A DNA stretch of 46,696 nt from an uncultured Clostridia bacterium (GTDB taxonomy: Bacteria > Bacillota > Clostridia > Lachnospirales > Lachnospiraceae), in contig CAMAKT010000001.1 of NCBI GenBank assembly GCA_945836135.1, forward strand, positions 1-46,696. The letters run 5' to 3'. Below, piece by piece: positions 9,424 through 20,756 of this stretch. The position numbers were made by a program, and so were the translations under genes. The notes under the pieces were generated by a model. It saw nothing but the letters and a program-made list of their open reading frames with translations. It did no database searches and was not told the DNA's origin. The first letter of the stretch is position 1. Each line of letters opens with the position of its first letter.

Positions 9424-12345
9424 CTATGCCAGTGCCTCTATTACTTCAAACATATCCTTTGCTTCATTAATCTTATCCTCATTGCCTACAACGCAGAAAT
9501 AGTTGTCGGCAAGAACAGCTTTCATGACCTTTTCAAGTGCGCGGATATCCTCCGGTGTTGCAGCAAGAATCTCATTCCTATCCTTCTGAAGCATGTCATG
9601 TGTGATGCCGCTTACATATGCGTCAAATGAGAATGCTCCCTTTGCCGCTGGATTCTTCGGTACATCAAGTTCAGAGATTGTTCCGATAATGTACTTGGTC
9701 ATCTCCCGCTCATCGGCATCGAAGCTCTTAACATATTCCGGTACATTCTCATATACCTTGTTAGTTTTCTCAAGGTTAGGATCTCTGTAGGAGGTAAACA
9801 CACCTACGGTATTGGTAAAGCCGCCAAAGGAAGCTCCGCATCCGTATGCACCACCCTTAACTCTTATGTTAATCCACAGGTAATCGCTGTTCATCATAGC
9901 TGCAAGAATCTTGAGTGCTCCTCTGTATTCGCAGCCCTCCTTGGAATAATCTCCGGCACGGCATACATAGTTGACCTGACCACTGGTCTTAAGGGCAAGA
10001 CTTACCTTCTTAAGCTCAAGCTTTCTTGATACAGGTGCATATTCCGCATCGGAAAGAGTGCCGATAAGTCCTTCAAGAAGCGGGCTGACAAGCTCATAGC
10101 CACGGTTGTCCGCAGTATATGACACCAATAGGTTTTCCTTGGTGAATATACGCTCTGCTGCCTTCTTCATTCCGGCAACAACCTCTTCCTTCTTCGCATC
10201 AAAGTTCTTATATACATCATCAAGGAACTGATAAAAGCCACGTCCAGATACTCTCTTTCTTACAGCACCGCCCTCGGTCATTTGCGCCGCAAGCTCCTCA
10301 ACACCTACTGCATTGCCTGCTGCCTGCATTCTTGCCTGCATACCGGTCTTGACCTCTCCAATAATCTCCTTAAGTCGCTTATAGTCCTCAAGAACCGTCT
10401 GGTTCATAATCTCATCCATAAGCTCTGTGAGTGACGAAAGGTCTGAATAAAGTGCCTTTCCTACTATATCAAAGGAATAGCGGTAGCCCTTAGCCGGTGT
10501 GGCAATGTCTGTCTTGGATGTTCCCACCGTAATTCCTCCGGTCCTTATATCCATCTCATTGGACAGCTGCACAAAGCTATGCTTCTTAGTTCCTATAGCT
10601 CCCATAACCCTTGAGAGAAGACCAACATAGCTAAGATGTTCATCCTCCACCTTATCCAAGTTAAAGCTTAAACGAAGATACCCTATACCATTGGTATTAA
10701 TATTGTGGTGAAGAACCTTAACACCTGCTGCTTCCTTTACCTCATTGTATATCTCTGCTGCATTTTTCCCGATATCTTCACGCTTAAGAAGCGGAATGCT
10801 CTCTAATTCCTCCTTGGTGGACGGTGCATCCTGATATGCCTTAAGAGCCTTGGTATCCTCCACCAATGCCTTAAGCTGTTCGGTGGTAAGGGTCTTCTTA
10901 TACTCCTCAAGCTTCTTAGCGGTAGCAGCCTCTAGTCTGGCAGTATAGCCAACCTCCGGCTTAAGAACAACTACCGATGAGTGTGGATTGTCAAGAAGGT
11001 AGTCCTTGACAAGCTTCTCGAAATAGTCCGAGTTTACCTGCTCCTTAAGGTAAGCATATACATCGCCAAGCTGCATATTAAGGAAAGGCTTCTCATCATC
11101 ATAAAGCCAGTTATCAAGCATATCGATTCCGTACATAAGTCCCTTTGGCCATCTTCCGAAATCAGCCTCTCTGTAACGAAACTCGTTGTAGTTGATTCCT
11201 GCCCTCAATGTATCCTTATTGATGCCATCATTTATAAGCTTGGTAAGAGTATCCTTGATAACCTTGACAAACTCTTCCTCCTTATCAGGATTGGTGTTGG
11301 TCGCCATAATTGTAACCATCGGCTGGAGAATGGAGTGGTCATAGGAGCCGCTTACATTCTCACCGATTCCTGCATCAATAAGTGCCTGACGCACAGGCGC
11401 TCCCGGTGCGTTGAACAGTGCATATTCAAGAACGGTAAATGCAAGGGAAAGCTTCATATCTCCTGACTTGCCGATTGATGCATTATATGCAAGGTAAGTC
11501 TTGTTCTCGGTTCCTTCCTCCTCCGTAACAGAGTACACTGCTTCAACTCTGTCAGCCTTTGTAAAAGACTTCTGAAGCTTAAGCTCGGAATCCACCTTAA
11601 TCACGTCATATTTGCTCAAATATTCCCTGTCGAAATATTCAAGTCTCTCCTCCATATCACAGTTACCGTACACATAGATATAGCTGTTGGAAGGATGATA
11701 CAATGTCTTGTGGAAATTCAAAAACTGTTCATAGCTCAAATCCGGAATGCGCTCAGGGTCGCCGCCGGATTCTGTGGCGTATGAAGTGTCCGGATACAGG
11801 GAATTCAGGCACATACGGTATACACGCTGCTCAGGTGAAGAAAATGCACCCTTCATCTCATTGTACACAACTCCATTGTAGGTAAGCGGTGCATCAACAT
11901 CAGTCAGCTCGTAATGCCAGCCCTCCTGCTTGAATATCTCCTCCCTCTTGTAAATATTCGGATGAAATACAGCATCCATATATACATCTGTAAGGTTCTT
12001 ATAATCCACATCGTTGCAGCTTGCAATAGGATAAATCGTCTTATCAGGAAAGGTCATTGCGTTAAGGAATGTGTTTAATGAGCCCTTAATAAGCTCAACA
12101 AAAGGATCCTTAGCCGGATACTTGTCCGAGCCGCAAAGAACCGAATGTTCCAATATATGAGGTACACCTGTGCTGTCTGCCGGAGGTGTACGGAAGCCTA
12201 TGCAGAATACCTTGTTCTCATCATCATTCGATACCATGGCAATCCTTGCGCCTGACTTCTTATGACGGAACAGATACCCCTTCGATGCAATATCTGCCAA
12301 ATCCTGCTCCATCACCAGTTCGTATACATTTTTGTTGTAATTCAT
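9424..12345 (-). CDS. Insulinase-family zinc metallopeptidase (M16C, PreP-like, 973 aa)
   Basis: It has the inverted zinc motif HILEHSVLCGS, and its length and domain layout match M16C presequence-protease-like enzymes. Confidence 0.85.
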   Translation of the reverse strand: MNYNKNVYELVMEQDLADIASKGYLFRHKKSGARIAMVSNDDENKVFCIGFRTPPADSTGVPHILEHSVLCGSDKYPAKDPFVELIKGSLNTFLNAMTFPDKTIYPIASCNDVDYKNLTDVYMDAVFHPNIYKREEIFKQEGWHYELTDVDAPLTYNGVVYNEMKGAFSSPEQRVYRMCLNSLYPDTSYATESGGDPERIPDLSYEQFLNFHKTLYHPSNSYIYVYGNCDMEERLEYFDREYLSKYDVIKVDSELKLQKSFTKADRVEAVYSVTEEEGTENKTYLAYNASIGKSGDMKLSLAFTVLEYALFNAPGAPVRQALIDAGIGENVSGSYDHSILQPMVTIMATNTNPDKEEEFVKVIKDTLTKLINDGINKDTLRAGINYNEFRYREADFGRWPKGLMYGIDMLDNWLYDDEKPFLNMQLGDVYAYLKEQVNSDYFEKLVKDYLLDNPHSSVVVLKPEVGYTARLEAATAKKLEEYKKTLTTEQLKALVEDTKALKAYQDAPSTKEELESIPLLKREDIGKNAAEIYNEVKEAAGVKVLHHNINTNGIGYLRLSFNLDKVEDEHLSYVGLLSRVMGAIGTKKHSFVQLSNEMDIRTGGITVGTSKTDIATPAKGYRYSFDIVGKALYSDLSSLTELMDEIMNQTVLEDYKRLKEIIGEVKTGMQARMQAAGNAVGVEELAAQMTEGGAVRKRVSGRGFYQFLDDVYKNFDAKKEEVVAGMKKAAERIFTKENLLVSYTADNRGYELVSPLLEGLIGTLSDAEYAPVSRKLELKKVSLALKTSGQVNYVCRAGDYSKEGCEYRGALKILAAMMNSDYLWINIRVKGGAYGCGASFGGFTNTVGVFTSYRDPNLEKTNKVYENVPEYVKSFDADEREMTKYIIGTISELDVPKNPAAKGAFSFDAYVSGITHDMLQKDRNEILAATPEDIRALEKVMKAVLADNYFCVVGNEDKINEAKDMFEVIEALA

Positions 12346-12501
12346 GCTTTTCCTCTTTTCTGCGCCTTACGCGCCCTGCCGCAAAGTCATATTAGTGCTC
12401 TCTCCCCTCGCGGAAGCTGTCACCTCTTTACGGTCCATGAGGTTAATTTTACCACTAAACACATATACAATGCAAGTAAATAAGTGTGCTCTGCCCACAT
12501 T

Positions 12502-12535
12502 AAAAACAACCCGGCAGATGGACGTATGCCGGGTT
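12502..12535 (-). terminator. Intrinsic terminator of ribU
   Basis: On the minus strand AACCCGGCA-loop-UGCCGGGUU is followed by GUUUUU, 13 nt after the ribU stop. Confidence 0.8.
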
Positions 12536-12548
12536 AATAAAAATACAA

Positions 12549-13151
12549 TTACTTATTATATGTTCCCTTAATAATCGGAGACAAAGGCTTATAGATAAGC
12601 AGTGTAACGACCACGCTGACCAAGGCTTTCACCAGTGTAAAAGGCACATTGAAAATCAGAAGTGCCGGAAGCAGTGACTTTACACTTGGAAGTAATGCGG
12701 TGTACATACCGATTATGACTTCCATCGGAAAAGCCAGCTTGTCATACAGCGGATATATAATAAAGTAATTAGATACCACACTGACTGTCGCCATTATCAA
12801 GGCTCCGCTGACTAATGCAATAATAGCGCCTTTCTTTGTCTTATTTTTCTTATATATAATTCCTACTGGGAATACAAATGCCACACCGAGAATAAAGTTG
12901 GACAATTCCCCCACCCACATTGTATGCGAAATGGCAAGATGCAGCACATTCTTAAGCAGGCACACCAGCACTCCCGCCACAGGTCCTAAGGACAGTGACG
13001 CAATCACAGCCGGAAGCTCTGAAAAATCCATTGTCAGAAAGCTGGGAACGATGGGAATCTTAAAACCGAAAAGATACAAAACATAAGATACCGCCGTAAA
13101 CATGGCAGTCACAGTGAGCGTACGTACGCTCATAACATACTTATTACTCAT
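12549..13151 (-). CDS. ribU: ECF-transporter S component for riboflavin (RibU-like)
   Basis: MSNKYVMSVRTLTVTAMFTAVSYVLYLF...DFSELPAVIASLSLGPVAGVLVCLLKNVLH is RibU/YpaA-like, and an FMN riboswitch lies directly upstream. The track ORF (to 13298) is over-extended through the riboswitch. ATG 13151 has AAGGAGG 5 nt upstream. Confidence 0.85.
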   Translation of the reverse strand: MSNKYVMSVRTLTVTAMFTAVSYVLYLFGFKIPIVPSFLTMDFSELPAVIASLSLGPVAGVLVCLLKNVLHLAISHTMWVGELSNFILGVAFVFPVGIIYKKNKTKKGAIIALVSGALIMATVSVVSNYFIIYPLYDKLAFPMEVIIGMYTALLPSVKSLLPALLIFNVPFTLVKALVSVVVTLLIYKPLSPIIKGTYNK

Positions 13152-13162
13152 ATAATCCTCCT

Positions 13163-13312
13163 TAAGGCCTTGGCCTTCTTCTTTCATCCAGACTATACTG
13201 TTGGTATGGGAATTGCACCCAATCGGCTGCTTTCGCAGGTCGCAGACTGTAACTGCCAGTCGAGAATTGCAGACACCCTTATATTTGGTGTTGCTCACTC
13301 TGCCCTGAAGGT
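13163..13312 (-). promoter_or_regulatory. FMN riboswitch (RFN element)
   Basis: The minus strand reads CUUCAGGGCAGAGUG...AAUUCUCGACUGGCAGU.ACAGUCUGCGA...GCCGAUUGGGUGCAAUUCCCAUACCAACAGUAUAGUCUGGAUGAAAGAAGAAG, which contains the conserved RFN core blocks. There is no terminator. The SD follows within about 15 nt, suggesting translational control. Confidence 0.9.
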
Positions 13313-13481
13313 TGGAGATATTTCTCTAACTTCCAAATGGTATGTGTAACTATACATTTGTCCATCTTGTACAGAATATCACGTTATTTCTGCAGGGTCA
13401 AGAATTTTAGTTTTATTTTATTGCATGAAGTGGCATAATCGTGTAAAATAATGTTTTGATAATATATTTTGGAGGAATCTA

Positions 13482-14027
13482 TTGACTATGAAAACTGTAA
13501 TCCGTTTTACTTCCACCCAGAAACCGGATGGAAATGAATATAAGAAAATAACCTATTGGAACCGCTTTATCAGAGTGAAGGTTGAGACCCTGGTTATGCT
13601 CGCACTTGTGGTGGTAAGCCTTGCCTGCGGTGGCTACAGGTTCTATAACGGCACAATGGACACCTTCTGGGCAATCATCTGCATAATCTTTTTGTTCTAT
13701 CCTGTGCTGATTATCACACAGTTTAACTCAAGCATACGCTACCATCTCAAGCACCGCGACCCTTCCGAGACCGCTCCGTGTGAATTCTGCCTTATGGAGA
13801 ACGGCATACTGATTGATGTTCCTGAACATGATGTACATAACTTCTTCAGATACGATGAATTCACCCATGTATATACCAATGTATTCGGATTTTATATGAT
13901 GTTTCAGAAGAACAAGGTACTTGTTATGATACGCCATTCCGATATCCCTGAAGGACGCAAGGATGACTTTGAGGACATGATGGTTGCGGGACTTAGTACA
14001 AACTGTAAGGTGAGTAAATTCCTATAA
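13482..14027 (+). CDS. YcxB-like membrane protein (two TM helices plus a small C-terminal domain)
   Basis: A TTG start at 13482 lies 6 nt after GGAGG; the alternative ATG is at 13488. There are two hydrophobic helices, then ...FCLMENGILIDVPEH...VFGFYMMFQKNKVLVMIRHSDIP, a YcxB-type pattern recalled from memory. Confidence 0.5.
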   Translation: MTMKTVIRFTSTQKPDGNEYKKITYWNRFIRVKVETLVMLALVVVSLACGGYRFYNGTMDTFWAIICIIFLFYPVLIITQFNSSIRYHLKHRDPSETAPCEFCLMENGILIDVPEHDVHNFFRYDEFTHVYTNVFGFYMMFQKNKVLVMIRHSDIPEGRKDDFEDMMVAGLSTNCKVSKFL

Positions 14028-14037
14028 AATAGTATAA

Positions 14038-14083
14038 AAAAGCTGCTGTAATATCACACGATATCTACAGCAGCTTTATTTTT
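14038..14083. terminator. Bidirectional terminator between convergent genes
   Basis: AAAGCUGCUGUA-loop-UACAGCAGCUUU is flanked by an A run (left) and a U run (right). It overlaps the stop of the amidase gene. Confidence 0.8.
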
Positions 14084-14777
14084 CGCCCATCTGACGCTTC
14101 ACCTGTGCCTTAAACAGGTTCCACTGGTTCTCATAATCAACAAAATACTTCGGACACTTCTTGCCGGTAACGTCATAATGTCTTATTACATCCGTGTCCG
14201 GGTCAAGATTGTACAGGATACACAGATATGCCGTCAGCTTGACCGCTGAGTCATAGGTCGCAACATTGAACTCCCCCGTCTCATCGGGATGGCAGCATTC
14301 AATGGCAATAGTATCTTCATTGCGGTTGTTTGACGCGTAGGATATCTCATCAAGGGGCACACACTGGATAATCTCCCCTTCAAGACCTATAATAAAATGG
14401 CTGCTCACTGAGGCTTCCTTAGTCTCAATGATATTTTCAAAATAGCTTCTGTTCTGTGCTGCTGTTGTTCCCGGATTGCCTACATAATGGATAACAACCG
14501 CATTCACCTCATCAAGCTGTTTGCCGGGTCTTGAGTACGGATTAACAGGAAGCAAATCCTCCGTAATAGTATCCTTAAACTCCTCAGCCCACTTAGGAAG
14601 CTGAATCTCCTTTGGCAGTGTCACCAAATAAACACTTTGCTCGGTGGTATTTTCCTGTCCTGCACTTTCATCGTGAGATGGCTCGCCACTATGTCCTATA
14701 TATACCATCATCAGGAGTACCAGGACTATCATAGACAGTCCCAATACTCCTGATAAAAATAACATACCTTTTTTCAT
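14076..14777 (-). CDS. N-acetylmuramoyl-L-alanine amidase (Amidase_2/PGRP fold) with N-terminal membrane anchor
   Basis: An N-terminal TM helix is present. VVIHYVGNPGTTAAQNRSYF...SSHFIIGLEGEIIQCVPLDEISYASN..NEDTIAIECCHPD matches the Amidase_2 pattern. Confidence 0.8.
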   Translation of the reverse strand: MKKGMLFLSGVLGLSMIVLVLLMMVYIGHSGEPSHDESAGQENTTEQSVYLVTLPKEIQLPKWAEEFKDTITEDLLPVNPYSRPGKQLDEVNAVVIHYVGNPGTTAAQNRSYFENIIETKEASVSSHFIIGLEGEIIQCVPLDEISYASNNRNEDTIAIECCHPDETGEFNVATYDSAVKLTAYLCILYNLDPDTDVIRHYDVTGKKCPKYFVDYENQWNLFKAQVKRQMGEK

Positions 14778-14794
14778 TCAGGTACTCCCTGCTT

Positions 14795-16314
<1,520 letters not shown>

Positions 16315-16344
16315 CCATCCTTTTTAAAGTTGCATTAATAAAGT

Positions 16345-16371
16345 GTAACAGTTCAGCCCGCGCCATTCGCA
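16345..16371 (+). repeat. Solo 27-nt copy of the left end of the MITE-like element at 31593
   Basis: GTAACAGTTCAGCCCGCGCCATTCGCA is identical to 31593-31619 (28 nt if the preceding T is included). No matching right end was seen nearby. Confidence 0.85.
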
Positions 16372-16378
16372 AAGGCAT

Positions 16379-16888
16379 CTACTCGATATGCAACTGTCTC
16401 GGTACAATATCCCTGAGTTCTTTAAGCATTCTGTCATTAGGCTCGATGATAAGCTTGAGAAGCTCATTATTATTCATGATAACCATAACATACTTCTTAT
16501 TACCGGGAATCATTGACGAAAAATCCAGGGATTTAAGATTTCTCCGGTCATACTCCTTAATATAATAAGACTCCTCCGGTGCCATCACCTCGAGCTTGGT
16601 AAGGTCGTATTCACCCATTCTCTTTCTCTTGGACTTCTTCATAATCTTGTCAATATACATCGACTTCTCAACAAGTGAATATTCCCATTCAACATCGTTA
16701 TTCTTAAAGTAAAGATATGTCAGAAAAATAATTAAGGCAACCGCCAATACACCTATGTACGGAATTACCAAAAGCAAAAGCGACAATACACAGACAGCAA
16801 CCAGCAGGACTTCTATTGTCTTCACCTTCTGCGGTGTCTTTCTCTTAACAATCCACTCTGAAAAATATTCTCCCATCTTAACCTCCAT
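16379..16888 (-). CDS. Small membrane protein of unknown function (two TM helices, basic cytoplasmic tail)
   Basis: The ORF is intact and has a hydrophobic hairpin (IEVLLVAVCVLSLLLLVIPYIGVLAVALIIFLTYLYF). Both ATG 16888 and ATG 16876 are possible starts; the latter lies 5 nt after GGAGG. Confidence 0.55.
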   Translation of the reverse strand: MEVKMGEYFSEWIVKRKTPQKVKTIEVLLVAVCVLSLLLLVIPYIGVLAVALIIFLTYLYFKNNDVEWEYSLVEKSMYIDKIMKKSKRKRMGEYDLTKLEVMAPEESYYIKEYDRRNLKSLDFSSMIPGNKKYVMVIMNNNELLKLIIEPNDRMLKELRDIVPRQLHIE

Positions 16889-16966
16889 GACTCTCTTCTT
16901 CCAAGAAGCGTTATTAAGATATTATACATCAGACAATATAAAAATTCAAGGGCTGGGTGCTTCATT

Positions 16967-18841
16967 TCATTCTGTGTAGTACTGCGCCTGTGCGTGCCAC
17001 AGCTCATAGTATTTTCCACTTTCGTCTGCAACCAGGGATGCGTGGGTTCCCTGCTGTATTACCGCGCCTTCATGGAACACCAGTATCTCGTCACAGAACT
17101 TGCAGGAGGAAAGTCGATGGCTGATATAGATAGCCGTCCTGTCTCCAGCAATATCATCGAACTTAGAGTAAACTTCTGCTTCCGCAACAGGGTCAAGGGC
17201 AGCGGTAGGCTCATCAAGAATAATGAATGGTGCATCCTTGTATAGAGCACGGGCAATGGCAATCTTCTGTGCCTCGCCGCCGGATATATTTACACCCTCT
17301 TTGTCATAATCCTTGTACAGATATGTTTCCACACCCTGCGGCAGCTTGGAAAACTTCTCCCCAAAGCCTGTTTTACCTAGGGAATCCATAACACGTTCAC
17401 CATCATAGTCAACCCGGGTGGCAACATTTTCACCCAGCTTCAGGGCAAAGAGCCTGAAATCCTGAAATACTATGGAAAATATCATCATGTATTCATTATA
17501 GTTATACTTGCGGATATCAATGCCGTTAAGCAGTATCTCTCCCTCGGTGGGGTCATAGAGACGGCAGAGCAGCTTGATGAAGGTGGTCTTACCGCTTCCG
17601 TTCATGCCCACAACAGCCAGCCGCTTGCCGATTTCGAACTTCATGTTCACATTGCGAAGGGCATAGTTTTCACTGCCGGGATATTTGAAGGACACATTTC
17701 GAAATTCCACCTCGTACTTGCGGTCACGGCGTTTCTCAATAGTGAGACTTCCCTGATACATATTGTTTGGTATATCAAGGAATTCAAATACCTGTGCCAG
17801 AAAGGATGCATTATTACGCATATCTCCCAGAGTTGCAAGCAGTCCGGAGACACCACCTGATACCTTGGTAATGGAGGCTGCATACCGGGTGACAGCACCA
17901 AGCCCGAAGGCTCCTGCCCAGGCTTTAAGGCATACAAAGGCATAGACAACACCCGTGAAGCTCACCGAAACTGCGGATGAAGCTGCACTGTAAAGTCCGA
18001 TTGGTCCTTTGCTGTATTTTGCAAAAAGCCCTTCTGAGCCAAAGGTGCCCTTTTTATAATCAAAGAACCTCCCGCATATTCTATCCTGACGGTACATTCT
18101 CACATCAGTTGCTATATCCCTTTTTTCACCCAGAAATGCCCAAAAAAAGAACTTACGGTTTTCCAGATTTTGTGAAGCAATGTTGAGTGCCCAGTAACTG
18201 CCTGCTTTATTGGACAATACAGGGGCAATGAAGGTAATTGCAAGCATAATCCCAATGATTAAGAGTATAAATAAAGGATTGTTAAGTACAGTAAATATAC
18301 CTGCGCTTTCAGGAACGCAGCTTGCGAATAATGAAACCGTCAGGGAAATACCACCCAGAAGCGTAAATACATTAGAGCCAAGCTCCTCATAGTTTCCAAT
18401 GACCTTGAGAAGTCCCCAGCCGCCGCTCCCCATGTTCTGGTAGATAGAAGTGATCAGCTCTGAGGTGTGGCTGTCATCATGGCTTACATAGTCCATCTCA
18501 AACAGCTTTTCCGTCAAAATAGCATCCACCTTATAAAAAAATCCAGCATTCTGCGCTTCCTTCCACTTTTTCAGAAGTGCTGACATAAGGGCAATCACAG
18601 CAGCCGAAGTAAGGGTAAGCAATACAAGTAATCTAAGCCTTCCTGCATCCCTGCCACCTGCAAGTTCATCGATTACAAGGGCAGAAAGATAGATACTGAC
18701 ATAAGGGGTGAGTGCGTTCCAAGCCACCTGGATAAATCTTGAAATAACCATTTGCGGATAACGCTTATATAACAGCTTAATGGCACGATTATTAAGCTTC
18801 ATCATTTCTTCCCAGGATAAAAGCTTCTTATTTTCCTTCAT
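16967..18841 (-). CDS. ABC exporter, fused permease/ATPase (half-transporter B)
   Basis: A six-TM domain is followed by Walker A GMNGSGKTT, signature LSGGEAQK and Walker B ILDEPT. ATG 18841 (MKENKK) lies 6 nt after GAAGGTG; the track start 18850 is GTG. It overlaps the upstream gene by 14 nt. Confidence 0.9.
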   Translation of the reverse strand: MKENKKLLSWEEMMKLNNRAIKLLYKRYPQMVISRFIQVAWNALTPYVSIYLSALVIDELAGGRDAGRLRLLVLLTLTSAAVIALMSALLKKWKEAQNAGFFYKVDAILTEKLFEMDYVSHDDSHTSELITSIYQNMGSGGWGLLKVIGNYEELGSNVFTLLGGISLTVSLFASCVPESAGIFTVLNNPLFILLIIGIMLAITFIAPVLSNKAGSYWALNIASQNLENRKFFFWAFLGEKRDIATDVRMYRQDRICGRFFDYKKGTFGSEGLFAKYSKGPIGLYSAASSAVSVSFTGVVYAFVCLKAWAGAFGLGAVTRYAASITKVSGGVSGLLATLGDMRNNASFLAQVFEFLDIPNNMYQGSLTIEKRRDRKYEVEFRNVSFKYPGSENYALRNVNMKFEIGKRLAVVGMNGSGKTTFIKLLCRLYDPTEGEILLNGIDIRKYNYNEYMMIFSIVFQDFRLFALKLGENVATRVDYDGERVMDSLGKTGFGEKFSKLPQGVETYLYKDYDKEGVNISGGEAQKIAIARALYKDAPFIILDEPTAALDPVAEAEVYSKFDDIAGDRTAIYISHRLSSCKFCDEILVFHEGAVIQQGTHASLVADESGKYYELWHAQAQYYTE

Positions 18842-20657
18842 TGTCATCACCTTCTTCCCTGTAGTATCTGCTCTGTACCTCGTAAAGCATCGCGTAGCTT
18901 CCTCCCATCCTTAACAGCTCCTCATGTGTACCTTCCTCACTGATTTTAGCATCAGCAAGGAGAATAATACGGTCACAGAAGCGAGTGGATGCAAGCCGAT
19001 GTGAAATATATACAGCCGACCTTCCCCCTGTCATTTCGTTATACTTTTGGTACATATCCGATTCTGCAATCGGGTCAAGTGCCGCTGTGGGCTCATCCAA
19101 CACAATGACAGGGGCATTTTTATATAGCGCCCGGGCAAGCATAAGACGCTGGTTTTCACCACCGGAAAGCGATATTGCTACATCATATACACTGCGATTA
19201 AGAATTGTATCGTATCCGTTAGGCAGGGATTCAATCTTTGTACGAAGACCTGCCTTTTCAACACATTCTTTTACCCGCTCCATATCAATATCGACATCAT
19301 CCTGAGCTACATTGGCAGCAATTGTTCCGGGCAGCAGTGAAAAATTCTGGAATACCGCCGAAAACATTGTGTAATAGTCCCCACGATTGTAATCCCGTAT
19401 ATCCTTTCCGTCCAGCAGTACCCGTCCCTTGGTGGGGTCTAAGAATCCGCAGATTAATTTGATAAGTGTCGTTTTACCTGCTCCGTTTAAGCCAACCACC
19501 GCCAGCTTTTCCCCGGGATGCAGGATGAGATTTATATTGGTCAAGGTGTCCTCATCTGCGCCCGGATAACGGAAGGAAACATTTTCAAGCCTGATTTCGT
19601 ATTTTCTTTCCGGCTCTGCCTTGATATGCTCACCGCTGTCAAATTTGAAGGGCTCGTTGTATTCAAGGCATTCCCGGACAGTGGAGATGTCAAGGGACTG
19701 CTTATACAGTGTATTAAAACCACCGAGAATACCCGACACCCATCCGGTAAAGCCGCCTACAGCAGTGAAAAACAAAAGGAATTCTGCAACACCAAGGCCA
19801 CCACTTAAGACAAGATTAATAAGATATGCGTATGCAATGGCATTACGCAGAAATGTCATTGCAAGGTCTGCTATTCCTGCCCATATATATACTCCCTCAG
19901 CCTTTTTATGGAATGCCGTATATGCCTCCATGGCTTTGCCATACAGTTCATTAAGCCACGGGCGCAGACCAAAAATACGTATATCCTTTGCTGCCCTGAA
20001 ATCCCTTCCAATATTCGCAATATAACATATATGCCTTGTATATTCCGCCTCCTCGTCCTTGTGCCTGTATCCGTAGCCATTGACATAATTTCCCACATAA
20101 TAGCTGATAGCTGTGGTTGCCAGAATAACTATAATAAGCAAAGGCTGAATCGCAGAAAGCAGGCTTACATAGACAAGAAAACCCAGAATGTTGGCTGTAA
20201 GCTCCGTAAAGGTTGTCCAGATTACTTCCGCTGCTGCAACATTGGAGTTGACACATGAGTACGACTTGTCAAGAAGCTTTATGAACCTGTCATCATCCAC
20301 ATTTGGATATGAAGTGGTTGTAGCTTTCCTGTTCAAAAGCCCTAAAAGCACACACCGCACGGTAACTCTACCATACAGAGTGTTGGCATTGACATAGGCG
20401 GATGCCGCTGACACCAACATAATGCCGAAAGTAAAGCTCACTATTGTAAATATCAGCTCCGTCACCGGAGCGTGTCTTTCCACCGCCGACAGAATCGTCG
20501 GAGATACATACAGATTAACAAGGTTTAATGCAACTGTAAGCATTGCAGAAAGCAGACAAAATACAATCACCTTCTTTTCCTTAGAGGTCCATGCAAGCTT
20601 CATCATGAACCATGAATTCTGCCACATATTATATTTGGGTTTGGATTCTTTTTTCAT
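18828..20657 (-). CDS. ABC exporter, fused permease/ATPase (half-transporter A)
   Basis: Walker A GLNGAGKTT, signature LSGGENQR and Walker B VLDEPT are present. I prefer ATG 20657 (MKKESKPKYNMW...) over the track start 20732, which lies inside the upstream terminator region. Confidence 0.9.
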   Translation of the reverse strand: MKKESKPKYNMWQNSWFMMKLAWTSKEKKVIVFCLLSAMLTVALNLVNLYVSPTILSAVERHAPVTELIFTIVSFTFGIMLVSAASAYVNANTLYGRVTVRCVLLGLLNRKATTTSYPNVDDDRFIKLLDKSYSCVNSNVAAAEVIWTTFTELTANILGFLVYVSLLSAIQPLLIIVILATTAISYYVGNYVNGYGYRHKDEEAEYTRHICYIANIGRDFRAAKDIRIFGLRPWLNELYGKAMEAYTAFHKKAEGVYIWAGIADLAMTFLRNAIAYAYLINLVLSGGLGVAEFLLFFTAVGGFTGWVSGILGGFNTLYKQSLDISTVRECLEYNEPFKFDSGEHIKAEPERKYEIRLENVSFRYPGADEDTLTNINLILHPGEKLAVVGLNGAGKTTLIKLICGFLDPTKGRVLLDGKDIRDYNRGDYYTMFSAVFQNFSLLPGTIAANVAQDDVDIDMERVKECVEKAGLRTKIESLPNGYDTILNRSVYDVAISLSGGENQRLMLARALYKNAPVIVLDEPTAALDPIAESDMYQKYNEMTGGRSAVYISHRLASTRFCDRIILLADAKISEEGTHEELLRMGGSYAMLYEVQSRYYREEGDDNEGK

Positions 20658-20692
20658 GCAAAATACCATCCTTTCTGGCATCATATTACCGC

Positions 20693-20722
20693 AAAAAATT
20701 ATCCCCGGCGTATTCCGGGGAT
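20693..20722 (-). terminator. Intrinsic terminator after the kinase gene
   Basis: On the minus strand AUCCCCGG-AAUACG-CCGGGGAU is followed by AAUUUUUU. It lies between the kinase stop (20757) and the ABC start (20657). Confidence 0.7.
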
Positions 20723-20756
20723 GAATTGTCATTTCCGGGTGACGAATTGCAAATTC

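Noticed and set aside
13152-13298. The N-terminal 49 codons of the track ORF 12549-13298 (MSNTKYKGVCNSRLAV...).
   Set aside because: This stretch is the FMN riboswitch read as protein. The true ribU start is ATG 13151, which has AAGGAGG upstream.
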